This document shows, one piece after another, positions 9,359 to 19,659 of a stretch of DNA of 64,000 nt (the first letter of the stretch is position 1; each line of letters starts with the position of its first letter). The notes under the pieces are model-generated. The model saw only the letters and a list, made by a program, of their open reading frames with translations. It was not told where the DNA came from and made no database searches. The stretch is taken from NCBI GenBank assembly GCA_963706125.1, contig CAVPLQ010000003.1:471571-535570 (forward strand). Reading direction: 5' to 3'. The position numbers were made by a program, and so were the translations under genes. The DNA is from an uncultured Flavobacteriales bacterium (GTDB lineage: Bacteria > Bacteroidota > Bacteroidia > Flavobacteriales_F > PHOS-HE28).

Positions 9359-9760
9359 TTGGCCATTGCGATCGTGGAAGCAGCCCCGGATGAGATAAAG
9401 AGCGGCAGCAAGCAGGAGGAATTTGAGAACAGCATGCTGGAAGGCACCAAGGACGAGATGATGGGGCATGCCTATACGATCACCGGCAAGTTGGCCGGGG
9501 CGTGGGGACTGAACATGTATGACCTGCAGATGGAGAACGCTGCGCTGGGGAGAAGATCCTGCCGAGAATTGGTGACCTGCCTGCGCGGATTGGAGATCGC
9601 CGGCCATTTGGAGGAGGCCCATTTCGACCTCCTGCGCCAAGCGGTGAAGGAATTCCAGCCCTTGTTCGCCGAATGGGTGGCCACGTTCCAAGATTCCGAC
9701 TACTTATGGGACGATTGGGGGTTGTTCAATCCGCCGGGAGCGACCCCGGATACTGATTGA
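9359..9760 (+). CDS. Hypothetical protein, acidic; true start uncertain (first ATG at 9434); same frame as a 26-aa acidic ORF upstream across a single TAA
   Basis: ORF-track entry. No recognisable family. Protein-like composition. Confidence 0.3.
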   Translation: MAIAIVEAAPDEIKSGSKQEEFENSMLEGTKDEMMGHAYTITGKLAGAWGLNMYDLQMENAALGRRSCRELVTCLRGLEIAGHLEEAHFDLLRQAVKEFQPLFAEWVATFQDSDYLWDDWGLFNPPGATPDTD

Positions 9761-9788
9761 AAGAGGGCGGCACCAAGGTCGATAGGCT

Positions 9789-10664
9789 CTAGGATGGCCC
9801 CGCTAGTGATGCGTCAACCACGGATACCACGCGTATGTCATACTTCACTGGTGTCCACGGCGGCACGATGCCCGAGGAGGACCCTTTCGGCCCAAAGGCC
9901 AGGTCCGATGGAATGACGAAACGGCCTCTACCTCCGTTCCGCGGTAGTAGATGTGCCGCAACCTCAAGCCCCTTGATCACTTGATCGGGATCACCCAAGC
10001 GGAACGTGAGCCCATCCTGTTGCTCATCAAAGACCTTCCCATTGTCCAAGAAGGATGCGGTGTAGGCCAAGGTGGCCAATTCGCCGCTCTGAATGCGCGG
10101 TCCCTTGCTATTGGTGGAGTCTATAACATAGTACACGCCTAAGGCCTGTTTCCATTCGGCATCGGTCCCCGAGAAGAAGTCCGAAAGTATCCGCTGCTCA
10201 TCGGACTCGGTCCGTGCCATCAGCACGGCCCGTTGCAGTTCACGGGATTCCGCCATCGAGCGGAGCTTCAGCATGGACAGTTCCATGGTGACCCAACCGG
10301 TGTCCTTTCCTGATCCCGGCGAAGTGGCCCCGAGGTCTTTCCAAGGTGTGGCACCGGAAAGGAGCATCACGGTGGCACTGTCGCCCTCTCTCAAACGCGC
10401 GAAATACTTCGACGTGCCTTTCTCCCCGCCCATGCCGTACCAGCGTTCCGTGCTGTAAACTGAGCCTGCGAAAGCATCTGGCCTGGCCACGCGCACGCGC
10501 ACCAACACACTATCGCTGTCCGTCGGGGTCCGCTCGCCATCGCCCAGCGCGTTCAAGCGCCAATAGACATCCTCCGCGATCTTGCTCCCTCCGCGCAAGG
10601 GTGAACGGCTACAGCCTTCGAGCAGAACCAGAAGCAAGAGGCATCCGAAGCACGCACGGATCAT
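9789..10664 (-). CDS. FKBP-type peptidyl-prolyl cis-trans isomerase lipoprotein (N-terminal extension plus C-terminal FKBP domain)
   Basis: Lipoprotein signal LLLLVLLEGCS. C-terminal FKBP fold motifs (GELATLAYTASFLDNGKVFDE...FRLGDPDQVIKGLEVAAHLLP...FVIPSDLAFGPKG). Confidence 0.75.
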   Translation of the reverse strand: MIRACFGCLLLLVLLEGCSRSPLRGGSKIAEDVYWRLNALGDGERTPTDSDSVLVRVRVARPDAFAGSVYSTERWYGMGGEKGTSKYFARLREGDSATVMLLSGATPWKDLGATSPGSGKDTGWVTMELSMLKLRSMAESRELQRAVLMARTESDEQRILSDFFSGTDAEWKQALGVYYVIDSTNSKGPRIQSGELATLAYTASFLDNGKVFDEQQDGLTFRLGDPDQVIKGLEVAAHLLPRNGGRGRFVIPSDLAFGPKGSSSGIVPPWTPVKYDIRVVSVVDASLAGPS

Positions 10665-11185
10665 TTTTCCAGCGCCACCAGGCCGATGTGATACACCAAG
10701 GTGCTCCTCATGGGGATCTTGTTCCTGTCGCCCAAGAGGCCGAAGGCTAGCGCGCTGGGTATCACCAGCACCGCGCTGTCGCCTACGGAAAGGTGCTGCA
10801 CGCCTTCCTGCAGGCCGCTCTCCACATCGGCGTGCTCGATGCGGAACGAGCCAGGGGTGTCCGGCGTGGACGCGTAGCAGGAATCCCCGTTCAGCAGGTA
10901 GACAGCATAGTTCAGCACGGCCAATTGGCCCGGCCTCGCCGTGTCCCCCGGCATGTCACGCACCAGCTTATACCGCAGTCCGGTACCGGTGGACACCATG
11001 GAAACCCCTTGCCGCTCCACCCAATCCCGGATATCGTTCTCCTCACGTTCGGCCATGCGCTTATTCTCGTCCACCAAACTGTTGTCGGGTGGTGCAGTGC
11101 GATGTCCCACACGTGCTGGAGGCGGTGTGCGGCCTTCGCCACAAGCGACGAACAACAGTGCAAGGATGAAGACCGGAAGCTTCAT
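10661..11185 (-). CDS. FKBP-type peptidyl-prolyl isomerase lipoprotein, GldI-like (gliding/T9SS-associated)
   Basis: Lipobox ILALLFVACGEG. FKBP domain (LRYKLVRDMPGDTARPGQLAVLNYAVYLLNGDSCYAST...VLVIPSALAFG). Overlaps the downstream FKBP gene by 4 nt. Size and tandem FKBP context resemble gldI loci. Confidence 0.7.
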   Translation of the reverse strand: MKLPVFILALLFVACGEGRTPPPARVGHRTAPPDNSLVDENKRMAEREENDIRDWVERQGVSMVSTGTGLRYKLVRDMPGDTARPGQLAVLNYAVYLLNGDSCYASTPDTPGSFRIEHADVESGLQEGVQHLSVGDSAVLVIPSALAFGLLGDRNKIPMRSTLVYHIGLVALEK

Positions 11186-12237
11186 TCCGGATGCTTGGCC
11201 ATAAAGGCTGGAAGTTCCCGAACAAGCGTGGCAACTGTATCTTCCAAGGAGGTGGTGGAACGACCACCGGCGGCATTGGCATGTCCACCGCCCTCGAAAT
11301 GGGCGGCCAAGAATTCATTCACCGGCAAGTTCCCTTTGGAACGCAGGCTGATCTTGATGACATTCTTGCGTTCCGCCAGAAAAGCGGAAAGGCGAACACC
11401 CCGAATGCTCAGCCCAAAATTCACTAAGCCTTCCGTATCCCCGGGGACATAGTTGAACCGGTCCAGGTCGTCCATGGAAAGTGCGATCACCGTGGCAGCC
11501 TCACCGTCCAGCACCTGCAAACGTTCGCTGAGCGCAAAGCCCGTTAATCGTAACCGGTCCACGGTATTGTCCTCCATGATCGCAGCGTGGATCAGGTGGG
11601 GAACCGCCCCCCGATCCAACAGATCGGCGGCCACACGTAACGAGTGCGGTGTGGTGCTGGAAAAGCGGAAGGAGCCGGAATCCGTCATGATACCGGCATA
11701 CAAACAGTTGGCCGTATCCCTGTCGATCCGATCACCATGGCCCATCGCCATGATCACGTCATGCACCATCTGGCAGGTGGAAGATGCAGTGATGTCGCTG
11801 AAGCTTACCATGAAGCAGTTATCAGGATCCCGGTGGTGATCGATAAGGACCTTGACCGGGGCCGCCCGCAGCACCTCTTCCAATCCTTGCACACGGTCAG
11901 GCCTGTTGAAGTCCAGGCAGAACAGGACCTCCGCTTCCCGCACGGCCTTTTCGCTCGCTTCCTTGGCCGTATCGTGGTCGATCGCCTGGTCATGGCCGGG
12001 CATCCAGCGCAAATTCCCTGGGGCGGTATTGGGCAGAACAACTTGGACGGAATGTCCCAGTGCTTTCAGGACATGCGCCAATCCAAGGCTGCTGCCCATG
12101 GCATCGCCGTCCGGATTGAAGTGCGTTGTAATGGCGATGCGCTTCGGTGCATCGAGCAATGCGACCAATGCGGCAATGGCCGCCGGGGGAGCCGAGGGGG
12201 AGTTCATAGGCACCAAAAGTAGCCCGGTCCGCTCCAA
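11182..12237 (-). CDS. DHH-family phosphoesterase (NrnA-like bifunctional oligoribonuclease/pAp phosphatase)
   Basis: HFNPDGDAMGSS DHH motif, GGGH motif near the C-terminus (FEGGGHANAAGG). Start may be the internal Met (MNSPSAPP, 12207). 4-nt overlap with the downstream FKBP gene. Confidence 0.8.
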   Translation of the reverse strand: MERTGLLLVPMNSPSAPPAAIAALVALLDAPKRIAITTHFNPDGDAMGSSLGLAHVLKALGHSVQVVLPNTAPGNLRWMPGHDQAIDHDTAKEASEKAVREAEVLFCLDFNRPDRVQGLEEVLRAAPVKVLIDHHRDPDNCFMVSFSDITASSTCQMVHDVIMAMGHGDRIDRDTANCLYAGIMTDSGSFRFSSTTPHSLRVAADLLDRGAVPHLIHAAIMEDNTVDRLRLTGFALSERLQVLDGEAATVIALSMDDLDRFNYVPGDTEGLVNFGLSIRGVRLSAFLAERKNVIKISLRSKGNLPVNEFLAAHFEGGGHANAAGGRSTTSLEDTVATLVRELPAFMAKHPE

Positions 12238-12266
12238 GCGGCCCTTACTTCACTCCCAGGATGTGA

Positions 12267-12815
12267 TCAGAAACCGATGGTGGGCGTCGGCATATGCTCG
12301 ATCAGGATCCCCAAACAACCGATATCGGTCATCTTTTTACCGATCTTCTTGCTCTTGGGATCCTCCGGTATGCCGGGGGCGGTGACCTCAATGGCGATCC
12401 GCTTGGTGGAGGTGGCGGTGAACTCCACAGCATCGGTCATTTCATGGTCTTGGTTATCCCAGATCACCTTGGTGTTGTCCTCGAAGACGGGCTTCCTCTG
12501 ATCAGCTTGCCCATCAGCGGCCTTCACGGGCTTGGGCTGGCGCACCTTTTCAATGATGCGGGCGATCACATGGTCCCCGATGATCTTTTCATCGTAGACG
12601 AAGGAGACCCGATAGTCCTGCCCTTTGTAGATGATGATGTTCAGTTCGGTGGGCACCCCCACTTGGATACTGGCCCCCCTGCTTTGTCCATTCACCGTGA
12701 ATCGGCTGTCCGCCGCCCGCGGGGCCGATTTCCAGTATTCGGAACATTCACTTTGCGCCATGCCCAAGGTGACCAAGGCGATGGCGGCGGTGCTAAGTAT
12801 GGATCGCAATTGCAT
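12267..12815 (-). CDS. Hypothetical secreted protein
   Basis: Signal peptide MQLRSILSTAAIALVTLGMAQS at the internal ATG. No family recognised. Confidence 0.45.
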   Translation of the reverse strand: MQLRSILSTAAIALVTLGMAQSECSEYWKSAPRAADSRFTVNGQSRGASIQVGVPTELNIIIYKGQDYRVSFVYDEKIIGDHVIARIIEKVRQPKPVKAADGQADQRKPVFEDNTKVIWDNQDHEMTDAVEFTATSTKRIAIEVTAPGIPEDPKSKKIGKKMTDIGCLGILIEHMPTPTIGF

Positions 12816-12819
12816 GGGT

Positions 12820-13725
12820 TCAGGAATTGGGCTGGGGGTCAACACTGTCCTCCGGTTTGATGATGCTCTCCCGCATCACCTCCAAGTTATCGACAAGGTC
12901 ATTGAATCCCTCAGGGGTGATGATCACGGTGACATCGTCCCCCAGGATCTGCCTGCCGCTCGGGGACGCACCTTGGTGCTGGCTGCGGATCACCGGGAAG
13001 GTATCGTAGATGTCCCGCAACTTGAGCAGGTCGTTCCTTGTTCCGGCCACACCGGGATCATTCTTGTACTGTTCCATCAGATCGATCAAGTGGTCCAGGC
13101 TGGTCTTTTGTTCGGCCACGCGCATCACCAAGGGGTCGGCGGCATCGAAATGAAGCACCTGCCGAGTAACTAAGTGCATACTCTCCATCCATCCACCGGC
13201 CAGCACCAACGCCAAGGTCGGCCCCATGCTATCGTCCTGCATTCGACGGTATGCGCGTTCGTAGGCATCATTACTGATCACGTCCAAGGAATCACCATGG
13301 GTAAGGTTCCGCTCCAAGCGGGAGAAATCGGTATCGTTGAACGCTCCGCCAAGTCCGAGCTCATCCCCCAGCTTTTTGCACGTGAGGTAATAGCGCACCA
13401 CCTCACTGGTGACCTTGTAATTGCTGGCATAGACCAGATCCGTGGCATACACCCCGAAATTCAGTGCCTTTTTCTGCATCGTGGCATAGCGGTCCACGTT
13501 CTTGGCCGGGCTCATCATCCGCTTCTGGCCTTCTCCGGACATGGTCCTCACGATCTGGAACAGCTCGTTCGGCGTCGGCATTTGATACAGGTTCTCGGTA
13601 TGATCCGAGGCATCATCCCCGCCGATCACGAGGGTATCGGGCTTGCTATTCTCCTTGTTGGCCGGTGAGCCACAGGAGCAAAGGGTTGCCACAAGGGCAA
13701 TGAGAACATATCTATGGTGCATCAT
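12820..13725 (-). CDS. Hypothetical lipoprotein
   Basis: Lipobox [10 protein letters not shown]. 301 aa with protein-like composition. No family recognised. Confidence 0.5.
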   Translation of the reverse strand: MMHHRYVLIALVATLCSCGSPANKENSKPDTLVIGGDDASDHTENLYQMPTPNELFQIVRTMSGEGQKRMMSPAKNVDRYATMQKKALNFGVYATDLVYASNYKVTSEVVRYYLTCKKLGDELGLGGAFNDTDFSRLERNLTHGDSLDVISNDAYERAYRRMQDDSMGPTLALVLAGGWMESMHLVTRQVLHFDAADPLVMRVAEQKTSLDHLIDLMEQYKNDPGVAGTRNDLLKLRDIYDTFPVIRSQHQGASPSGRQILGDDVTVIITPEGFNDLVDNLEVMRESIIKPEDSVDPQPNS

Positions 13726-13844
13726 CAGGCTGGTGTCTCCGCTGCGGCGGGGCTGTCGCAGGATCCCGCGAAGAAAACAAGGGTCGGGGTCAATTTGAAC
13801 GGCACGAGCGGCTACTTTTGCGCCCGATTTTCAACGATCATACG

Positions 13845-14264
13845 ATGGCAAGCAACAGAACGTTCACCATGATCAAGCCGGAAGCGATGGCCGCAGGGCA
13901 CGCCGGCAAGATCCTGGACATGGTCCTTTCCCGCGGATTCCGCCTGGTCTCCCTGAAGTACACGCAACTTTCCGAGCAGGAAGCGGGCCGCTTTTATGAG
14001 GTCCACAAGGAGCGCCCCTTCTATGGAGAACTGGTGAGCTACATGGCGAGCGGCCCGGTTTTGGCCGCGATCCTGGAGAAGGACAACGCGGTAAAGGACT
14101 TCCGAGACCTGATCGGTGCCACCGACCCTGCCGAGGCCGCCGAAGGCACGCTGCGCAAACGCTTTGCCGAGAGCAAGGCGAAGAACGCGGTGCATGGCAG
14201 CGATAGTGATGAGAACGCCGCCATCGAAGGGGCCTTCTTCTTCACCGGGCGCGAGCAGTATTGA
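13845..14264 (+). CDS. ndk: Nucleoside-diphosphate kinase
   Basis: [20 protein letters not shown] ... NAVHGSDS (active-site His) motifs. Start at the in-frame ATG 13845. Confidence 0.95.
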   Translation: MASNRTFTMIKPEAMAAGHAGKILDMVLSRGFRLVSLKYTQLSEQEAGRFYEVHKERPFYGELVSYMASGPVLAAILEKDNAVKDFRDLIGATDPAEAAEGTLRKRFAESKAKNAVHGSDSDENAAIEGAFFFTGREQY

Positions 14265-14283
14265 TAGCCGGGCGTCAACGGCC

Positions 14284-14574
14284 TCAGTCCAAGAGGACCT
14301 GGTCCACCACTTTCCGGCCCAACTGCTCGTTGATGGTGTTGGCCAGGCCCTCGCGCATAAAAGTGAGTTCCTGTCGCAGCGGTGCGCTGTCCACCTTGAT
14401 GTGCAGTTTTCCCCGGCGCAGCTTCACGGCCACCGTGTGCTTGGCCACCATACCCCCGGCGAGCTCGTCCCAGAGGCTGGCCACGGCCTGTTCGTCCAGC
14501 TTTTCCCGTAGGCCGTATGCGTCCACCAGCCGGTCCACGGCCTCCTTCATGGTCTGGTCGTTTTTGCGCTTCAT
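14284..14574 (-). CDS. DUF721 domain protein (recF-associated)
   Basis: 96-aa ORF immediately downstream of recF and overlapping it by 4 nt. Conserved recF-DUF721 gene pair. Confidence 0.65.
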   Translation of the reverse strand: MKRKNDQTMKEAVDRLVDAYGLREKLDEQAVASLWDELAGGMVAKHTVAVKLRRGKLHIKVDSAPLRQELTFMREGLANTINEQLGRKVVDQVLLD

Positions 14575-15701
14575 GCCTTTTGCATGCTCTGTAGCGGGCC
14601 TTGGGCAACAACGCCCTGGTGGTCCAGAAGGAAGAAGCGGGTGTCAAGATCAAGGCCGTCCAGTGCGCGGTGCATGCGGGGGGCGTCCGTATCGGTGATG
14701 ATGACCTGGCCGAAGCGTCCATCACCCAACAGTTTTAGCAGGTGGCGCATGCGTTGCGGATCGATCTTGTCGAAGATGTCGTCCAGCAGCAGGATCGGCT
14801 TGGTACCGGAGCGCTCCGCCGTAAGGTCGAACTGGGCCAACTTCAGCGCGATGAGGAAGGTCTTCTGCTGGCCTTGGCTGCCAAAGCGCTTCAACGGCCT
14901 ACCGTCGATGGCGAAGAGCAGGTCGTCCTTGTGGACCCCGCCCGTGGTGTATTGCGCCATGAGGTCACGCGGCCATTGCCGGTCCAGCACCTCGGCCATC
15001 CGTGCTTCCCCCAGTTCACTGCGGTAGTTCAGTTCCACCTGCTCCGGGCCACTCGTAATGCCCGCGTAGTGCCGGACGAGCAAAGGTGCCATGTCCGCCA
15101 TGAAGGCTTTGCGCACAGCGTGTACCGCTTCTCCATGGGCGATCAGTTGCTCGTCCCAAGGCTCTGCCATGCTTCGTGATAGCGGGCCGTTCATCTGCTT
15201 CAACAACAGGTTCCGCTGTGCCAGCGCCCGATTGTAGCGCATCAGGTGCTCCAGATAGGCCCGGTCGAACTGGGCGATGAGGCCGTCCAGGAACCGGCGG
15301 CGCACCTCGCTCCCTTCCAGCACCAATTGGCCGTCGTACGGCGTGATCATCACTGCGGGATAGCGCCCCACATGATCGGCCAGGCGGTCATATTCCTTGC
15401 GGTTCCGTGTGAAGACCTTGCGCTGGCCCTTACGCACCGCGCATGAAAGCTCATCATCGCCGGAGGGGGTCTCCATCGTCCCCTTTACCATGAACCACTC
15501 CTCCCCGTGCAGCACGTTGTGCATGTCCTGCGGCTCGAAATAGCTCTTGCACATGGACAGGTAGTACACCGCGTCCAGCAGATTTGTCTTGCCCGCACCA
15601 TTGGGTCCGATGAGGCAGTTCACCTGCTTTCCCAGTTCCAGGCCGGCCTCGCGGTGATTGCGGAACTGGAGCACGGAAAGGCGACTGAGCAGGACGTCCA
15701 T
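14571..15701 (-). CDS. recF: DNA replication and repair protein RecF
   Basis: Walker A GPNGAGKTNLLDA. RecF signature LLLDDIFDKIDPQR (Walker B). 376 aa. Confidence 0.95.
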   Translation of the reverse strand: MDVLLSRLSVLQFRNHREAGLELGKQVNCLIGPNGAGKTNLLDAVYYLSMCKSYFEPQDMHNVLHGEEWFMVKGTMETPSGDDELSCAVRKGQRKVFTRNRKEYDRLADHVGRYPAVMITPYDGQLVLEGSEVRRRFLDGLIAQFDRAYLEHLMRYNRALAQRNLLLKQMNGPLSRSMAEPWDEQLIAHGEAVHAVRKAFMADMAPLLVRHYAGITSGPEQVELNYRSELGEARMAEVLDRQWPRDLMAQYTTGGVHKDDLLFAIDGRPLKRFGSQGQQKTFLIALKLAQFDLTAERSGTKPILLLDDIFDKIDPQRMRHLLKLLGDGRFGQVIITDTDAPRMHRALDGLDLDTRFFLLDHQGVVAQGPLQSMQKA

Positions 15702-15860
15702 GGGAATGGACCAAAGATAGGACCGGCCATCCCGTGCGTCTTCCCTTATTCCTGAACAACACTCCCCAAAACCGCACGCTTAGCGGCCCTGGACGGGCGA
15801 TGTCGCGGGTTCGCCCTGAACACCTACTTTTGCGCTCCACAAAAAATCGGCTGATCGCAC

Positions 15861-16541
15861 ATGTCGAAGGAAGAAAAGGAGGGCAAGGACCTGGATATCG
15901 GTGAGATCTACACCAAGAGCGAATTGTTCCTGGAGAAGAACAAGAACCCGGTCACCATTGCGGTGGTCGCCGTGCTAGTGATCGTCGGAGGCCTATTGGG
16001 CTACAAGAAGTTCGTCTCGGAGCCACGTGCCAAGGAGGCCCAGGACATGATCTGGAAGGCCCAATACTATTTCGAGATCGATTCGCTGGAGCTCGCCCTT
16101 AACGGCGACGGGAACTTTCTCGGCTTCGCACAGGTGGCGGACGAGTATGGCTCCACCACCACCGGCAACTTGGCCAAGTTCTACGTCGCGGTGATCAACC
16201 ACCAGAAGGGCGAGTACGAAGCTGCCATGCAGTATTACAAGGATGCAGACCTCGGCGACGACGTACTGCGCGTAATGGCCACGGGCAACCAGGGCGATGT
16301 GCTGGTGGAACTCGGCAAGCCTGTTGAGGCTGCCGCGCAGTTCATGAAGGCTGCCGACATGGTGAAGAGCGAATACACCACGCCGATGTTCCTGATGAAG
16401 GCCGGCATCGTGTACCAGCAGCAGAACGATTGGAAGAATGCGGCGAAGTGCTTCGGGCGCATCGCCTCGGACTACCCCGGCTCGCCGGACGCCAACACGG
16501 CGAAGAAGTATGCGGCCCGTGCCAAAGCCATGGCGGGTTAG
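15861..16541 (+). CDS. Tetratricopeptide-repeat protein with N-terminal TM anchor
   Basis: One TM (IAVVAVLVIVGGLLGY) then TPR-like repeats. Typical gene upstream of ribH in Bacteroidota. Confidence 0.7.
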   Translation: MSKEEKEGKDLDIGEIYTKSELFLEKNKNPVTIAVVAVLVIVGGLLGYKKFVSEPRAKEAQDMIWKAQYYFEIDSLELALNGDGNFLGFAQVADEYGSTTTGNLAKFYVAVINHQKGEYEAAMQYYKDADLGDDVLRVMATGNQGDVLVELGKPVEAAAQFMKAADMVKSEYTTPMFLMKAGIVYQQQNDWKNAAKCFGRIASDYPGSPDANTAKKYAARAKAMAG

Positions 16542-16543
16542 CC

Positions 16544-17032
16544 ATGGCGACCAAGGACCTGTCGAACTATGACGCTACCGGTGTCCCTCGGGGCACCGGT
16601 CTGCGTTTGGGGCTGGTGGTGAGTGCTTGGAACCCGGAGATCACCGGGGCCATGCGCGACGGCGCGGTGGAGACCCTGCTCAAGCACGGCGTCACCTTGA
16701 AGGACATTCATGAGGAACTCGTACCTGGCAGTTTTGAGCTGGCCTTGGGCGCACAGTTGCTGTTGGAGCACCGTCCGCTGGACGGGGTGATCTGCATTGG
16801 CAGCGTGGTACGCGGCGAAACCCCTCACTTCGACTTCGTATGCCAGGCCACCGCCCAAGGCATCATGGACGTGGGCCTGAAGACCGGCCGCCCGGCGGTC
16901 TTCTGCGTGCTCACTGATGACACGATGGACCAGGCCCGCGCTCGCAGTGGGGGAAAACTCGGCAATAAAGGCGTAGATGCTGCCGTGGCCCTGCTACGGA
17001 TGGCCGTGCTGCGCCGAAGGCTTTCGGCGTAG
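16544..17032 (+). CDS. ribH: 6,7-dimethyl-8-ribityllumazine synthase
   Basis: MATKDLSNYDATG...RLGLVVSAWNPEITGAMRDGA... ICIGSVVRGETPHFDFV motifs. In-frame ATG at 16544. Confidence 0.95.
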   Translation: MATKDLSNYDATGVPRGTGLRLGLVVSAWNPEITGAMRDGAVETLLKHGVTLKDIHEELVPGSFELALGAQLLLEHRPLDGVICIGSVVRGETPHFDFVCQATAQGIMDVGLKTGRPAVFCVLTDDTMDQARARSGGKLGNKGVDAAVALLRMAVLRRRLSA

Positions 17033-17107
17033 TTGTCCATCGTGTTTTGGCCGCAAAGGCTACATCCTATACTCCATCACGCGCCCAAATTGGCGATCCC
17101 GAAAATA

Positions 17108-17150
17108 AGCGGGTCCGGTGCATTAAAAAGCACTGGACCCGCTCTTGAAA
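17108..17150. terminator. Bidirectional rho-independent terminator between convergent ribH and the 17171-18756 gene
   Basis: aagcgggtccggtgc attaaaaa gcactggacccgctctt: 14-bp stem with one mismatch, flanked by A/T runs on both strands. Confidence 0.7.
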
Positions 17151-17170
17151 ACTAAAACCCAAGGGTCATC

Positions 17171-18756
17171 TCACTTGAACTCGATCAGGCCGAAGCGGTA
17201 GTCCCTCTTGCGGTTGGCATAGATGAACATCTCCTGGCTCTTCAGTTCCACGCAGTCCTTCGGCCGCAGGATCACATCACGGCGGTCCGGTGAGAAAAGG
17301 GCCTCGCGGCTGACGTTACCGTCACTGTGGATGGTGGCGAGCACCACCAAGGCATCCTTCCCTTTCAGCTCGAACTGCTTGATCTTATCACCGGGCTTGA
17401 CAAAGAGGTTCTCTCCGCTGTCGTTGAACACGAGGTAGATGTTGCTGCCCTTCGCCTCCACGGCGCAGCTGCTGTATGTCCCGTTATCGTTCACACTGTG
17501 CTGCCGCTTGGGCACTTTGGCAGCCCATTCGTTATTGCCGTCAGGGCCGATGTTCGCCACCACCACATCATTGTAGTAATAGTGGTACGTGGGAGAGGTC
17601 ACAGTGCCGCCGTTCGGCGTGGAACTGGTGTTAGTGACGACACGTATAAAGTACTGCTCCACCACCAATACCGCGCCGCCGTCGGTCCGCCGGATGAGAT
17701 CGTGAAGCACAAACTCCGGCAACTCCAGTTCCTCATCCTTCCTATCTGCCTTTTTTTGCCTTTCTTCTCCTCCTTCTCCGTCATGTAGGATGTGATGAGA
17801 TCATCGCTGAAATCCATGTAGCTTTCATGTGCAATGGACTTGCTGGCCCTGTCCAAGCGAAGATAAAAGGCGCCACGCACACTGAAACTGCCTTTATTGC
17901 CGTAAAGCCCCGCGCAGATGATGTCTCCGTCCTGCCCCATGGAGATGGTCATGTCCTGGAGGAATTTGTCCGCCACCGCGATGGGATGATCCTGAGGTGT
18001 GGCCGATGCTTCTTTGAAGACCAATAGGTGGTACTCGTAAGTGGCCTTGCCGGCCTTCCGCTGCTCCCGCTGTTCCTCCTTCTCCCCGTACTTTTTCCCG
18101 AGCATAAGTATGATGCCATCATTATCCACGCGCATGGCCTGGGCACTGAACTTGTCATCGTCATACCCGAGCGTGTAGTCTTGTGACCACAAACGCCCCA
18201 TGCCTTCATCATACACGGTCAGCTGGAACTCTTCCGCTTGACCTTTTTCAAAAGGGCGGTACACCTCCACCAGCACCTTCGTCAGATCCGGAGATACGGT
18301 AAGGAAGAAGCCTCCGGCATTGCGGAACTTCTCGGCATGGATGGTCGCGATCTTCTCAAACCGCTTCAACGGTTTGAAGTCATCCTGATCGTAGCTGCTG
18401 AAGTATAGGGTGTTCTCCTCTGCCTTCTTGTCATACCGGGTGGCGAACACAAGGATCTCCGTCTTGGTGAGCATCACCCTTTTCACGACCAGGTCCTTCT
18501 CGTCCAACTCCAGGTCCACGGGTTTTTGATAGGCCACCTTCAGCCCGTCCATCCGCTGGATGAAGGGCTTATTGTGGCGGCCGATCAACATATAGATGCT
18601 ATTGTCAACATCACCGATGACGTCCATGAACGTCCCATCCTCCTTCATGTCCATATCCGCCCCCCAGTTCACTTGGGCCTTGTCGGTCTTGGTCTGCGCG
18701 AAGGCGCTGGTGGCGGTGATCAAGGCCGCAACGGCCAATAGTAAGATCTTGTGCAT
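17171..18756 (-). CDS. Secreted hypothetical protein (about 540 aa if read through), interrupted by a frame shift at an A7 tract
   Basis: Signal peptide MHKILLLAVAALITATSAFAQ. ORFs 17599-18756 and 17171-17722 overlap in different frames. Inserting one A into the A7 run (plus-strand T7 at 17752-17758) joins ...EKEEKKGKKKADRKDEELELPEFVLHDLIRR... into one frame. Confidence 0.6.
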
Positions 18757-18918
18757 TGTATTTTATTAGGAAAGGGCTGCGAAAGAAGTCCTGGATCCCA
18801 TTGCGGAACACCTCGGCCCAAATCGGGAAACACCACTTATGAGTCCCTTTCCCAGCGCACAAGCTGCCGCCCTTGATGGAGGATCCTGATGCCCTGCCAC
18901 TTCAAAAGGCGTTTCCCC

Positions 18919-19572
18919 TCAAACCTCCGCCCCTAGGTCGTAGATCTGTCGGACCTCCTCCAGTTTTCCCGGGAAATCGAAGTGCAGGTCCACCAGCTCT
19001 CCGGTACGCATGTCGAACACCCAGGCATGTACCGTGGGCGTCTTGTTGCGGAGGTATGACTTCTGAAGCACTGCGGTCTTGATCACGTTGATGCATTGCT
19101 CCTCGACATTCAACTCCACTAGTCGTCGATAGCGTTGTTCATCGTCTTTGATGGCATCAAGCTCCACCCGGTGAAGGCGATACGCGTCCCGGACGTGGCG
19201 GAGCCACGGATTTAAAAGGCCCATGTCCTTCGCCTCCATGGCCGCCTTTACCCCTCCGCAACCATAATGGCCGCAGACCACCACATGCTTCACCTTCAGC
19301 GCACTGATGGCAAAATTGATCACGCTCAACGCGTTCAGGTCGGAACTTCCCACAATGTTGGCGATGTTGCGATGGACGAAAACCTCGCCCGGACCCGCTC
19401 CCATGAGTTCCTCCGCCGTGGCGCGGCTATCGCTGCAACCGATATAGAGGATCTCCGGGTTCTGGCCCTCGGCCAACCGGGTGAAATAATCCTTGTCGAC
19501 GGCCTTCTTCTCCGCGATCCATTTCCGGTTGTTTTCAAAAACTCGCTTGTAGAAATGATCGTTCTCAGCCAT
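18919..19572 (-). CDS. Beta-class carbonic anhydrase
   Basis: CSDSR ... HVVVCGHYGCGG zinc-ligand motifs. Confidence 0.9.
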   Translation of the reverse strand: MAENDHFYKRVFENNRKWIAEKKAVDKDYFTRLAEGQNPEILYIGCSDSRATAEELMGAGPGEVFVHRNIANIVGSSDLNALSVINFAISALKVKHVVVCGHYGCGGVKAAMEAKDMGLLNPWLRHVRDAYRLHRVELDAIKDDEQRYRRLVELNVEEQCINVIKTAVLQKSYLRNKTPTVHAWVFDMRTGELVDLHFDFPGKLEEVRQIYDLGAEV

Positions 19573-19659
19573 GTTGCAGGTCCAGTTTGGTTCAGTATGT
19601 GATCGCGCCCAAAGATCGGGGTAATACCGCCTTGTGCCACGAACGGATCGATCGGAACA

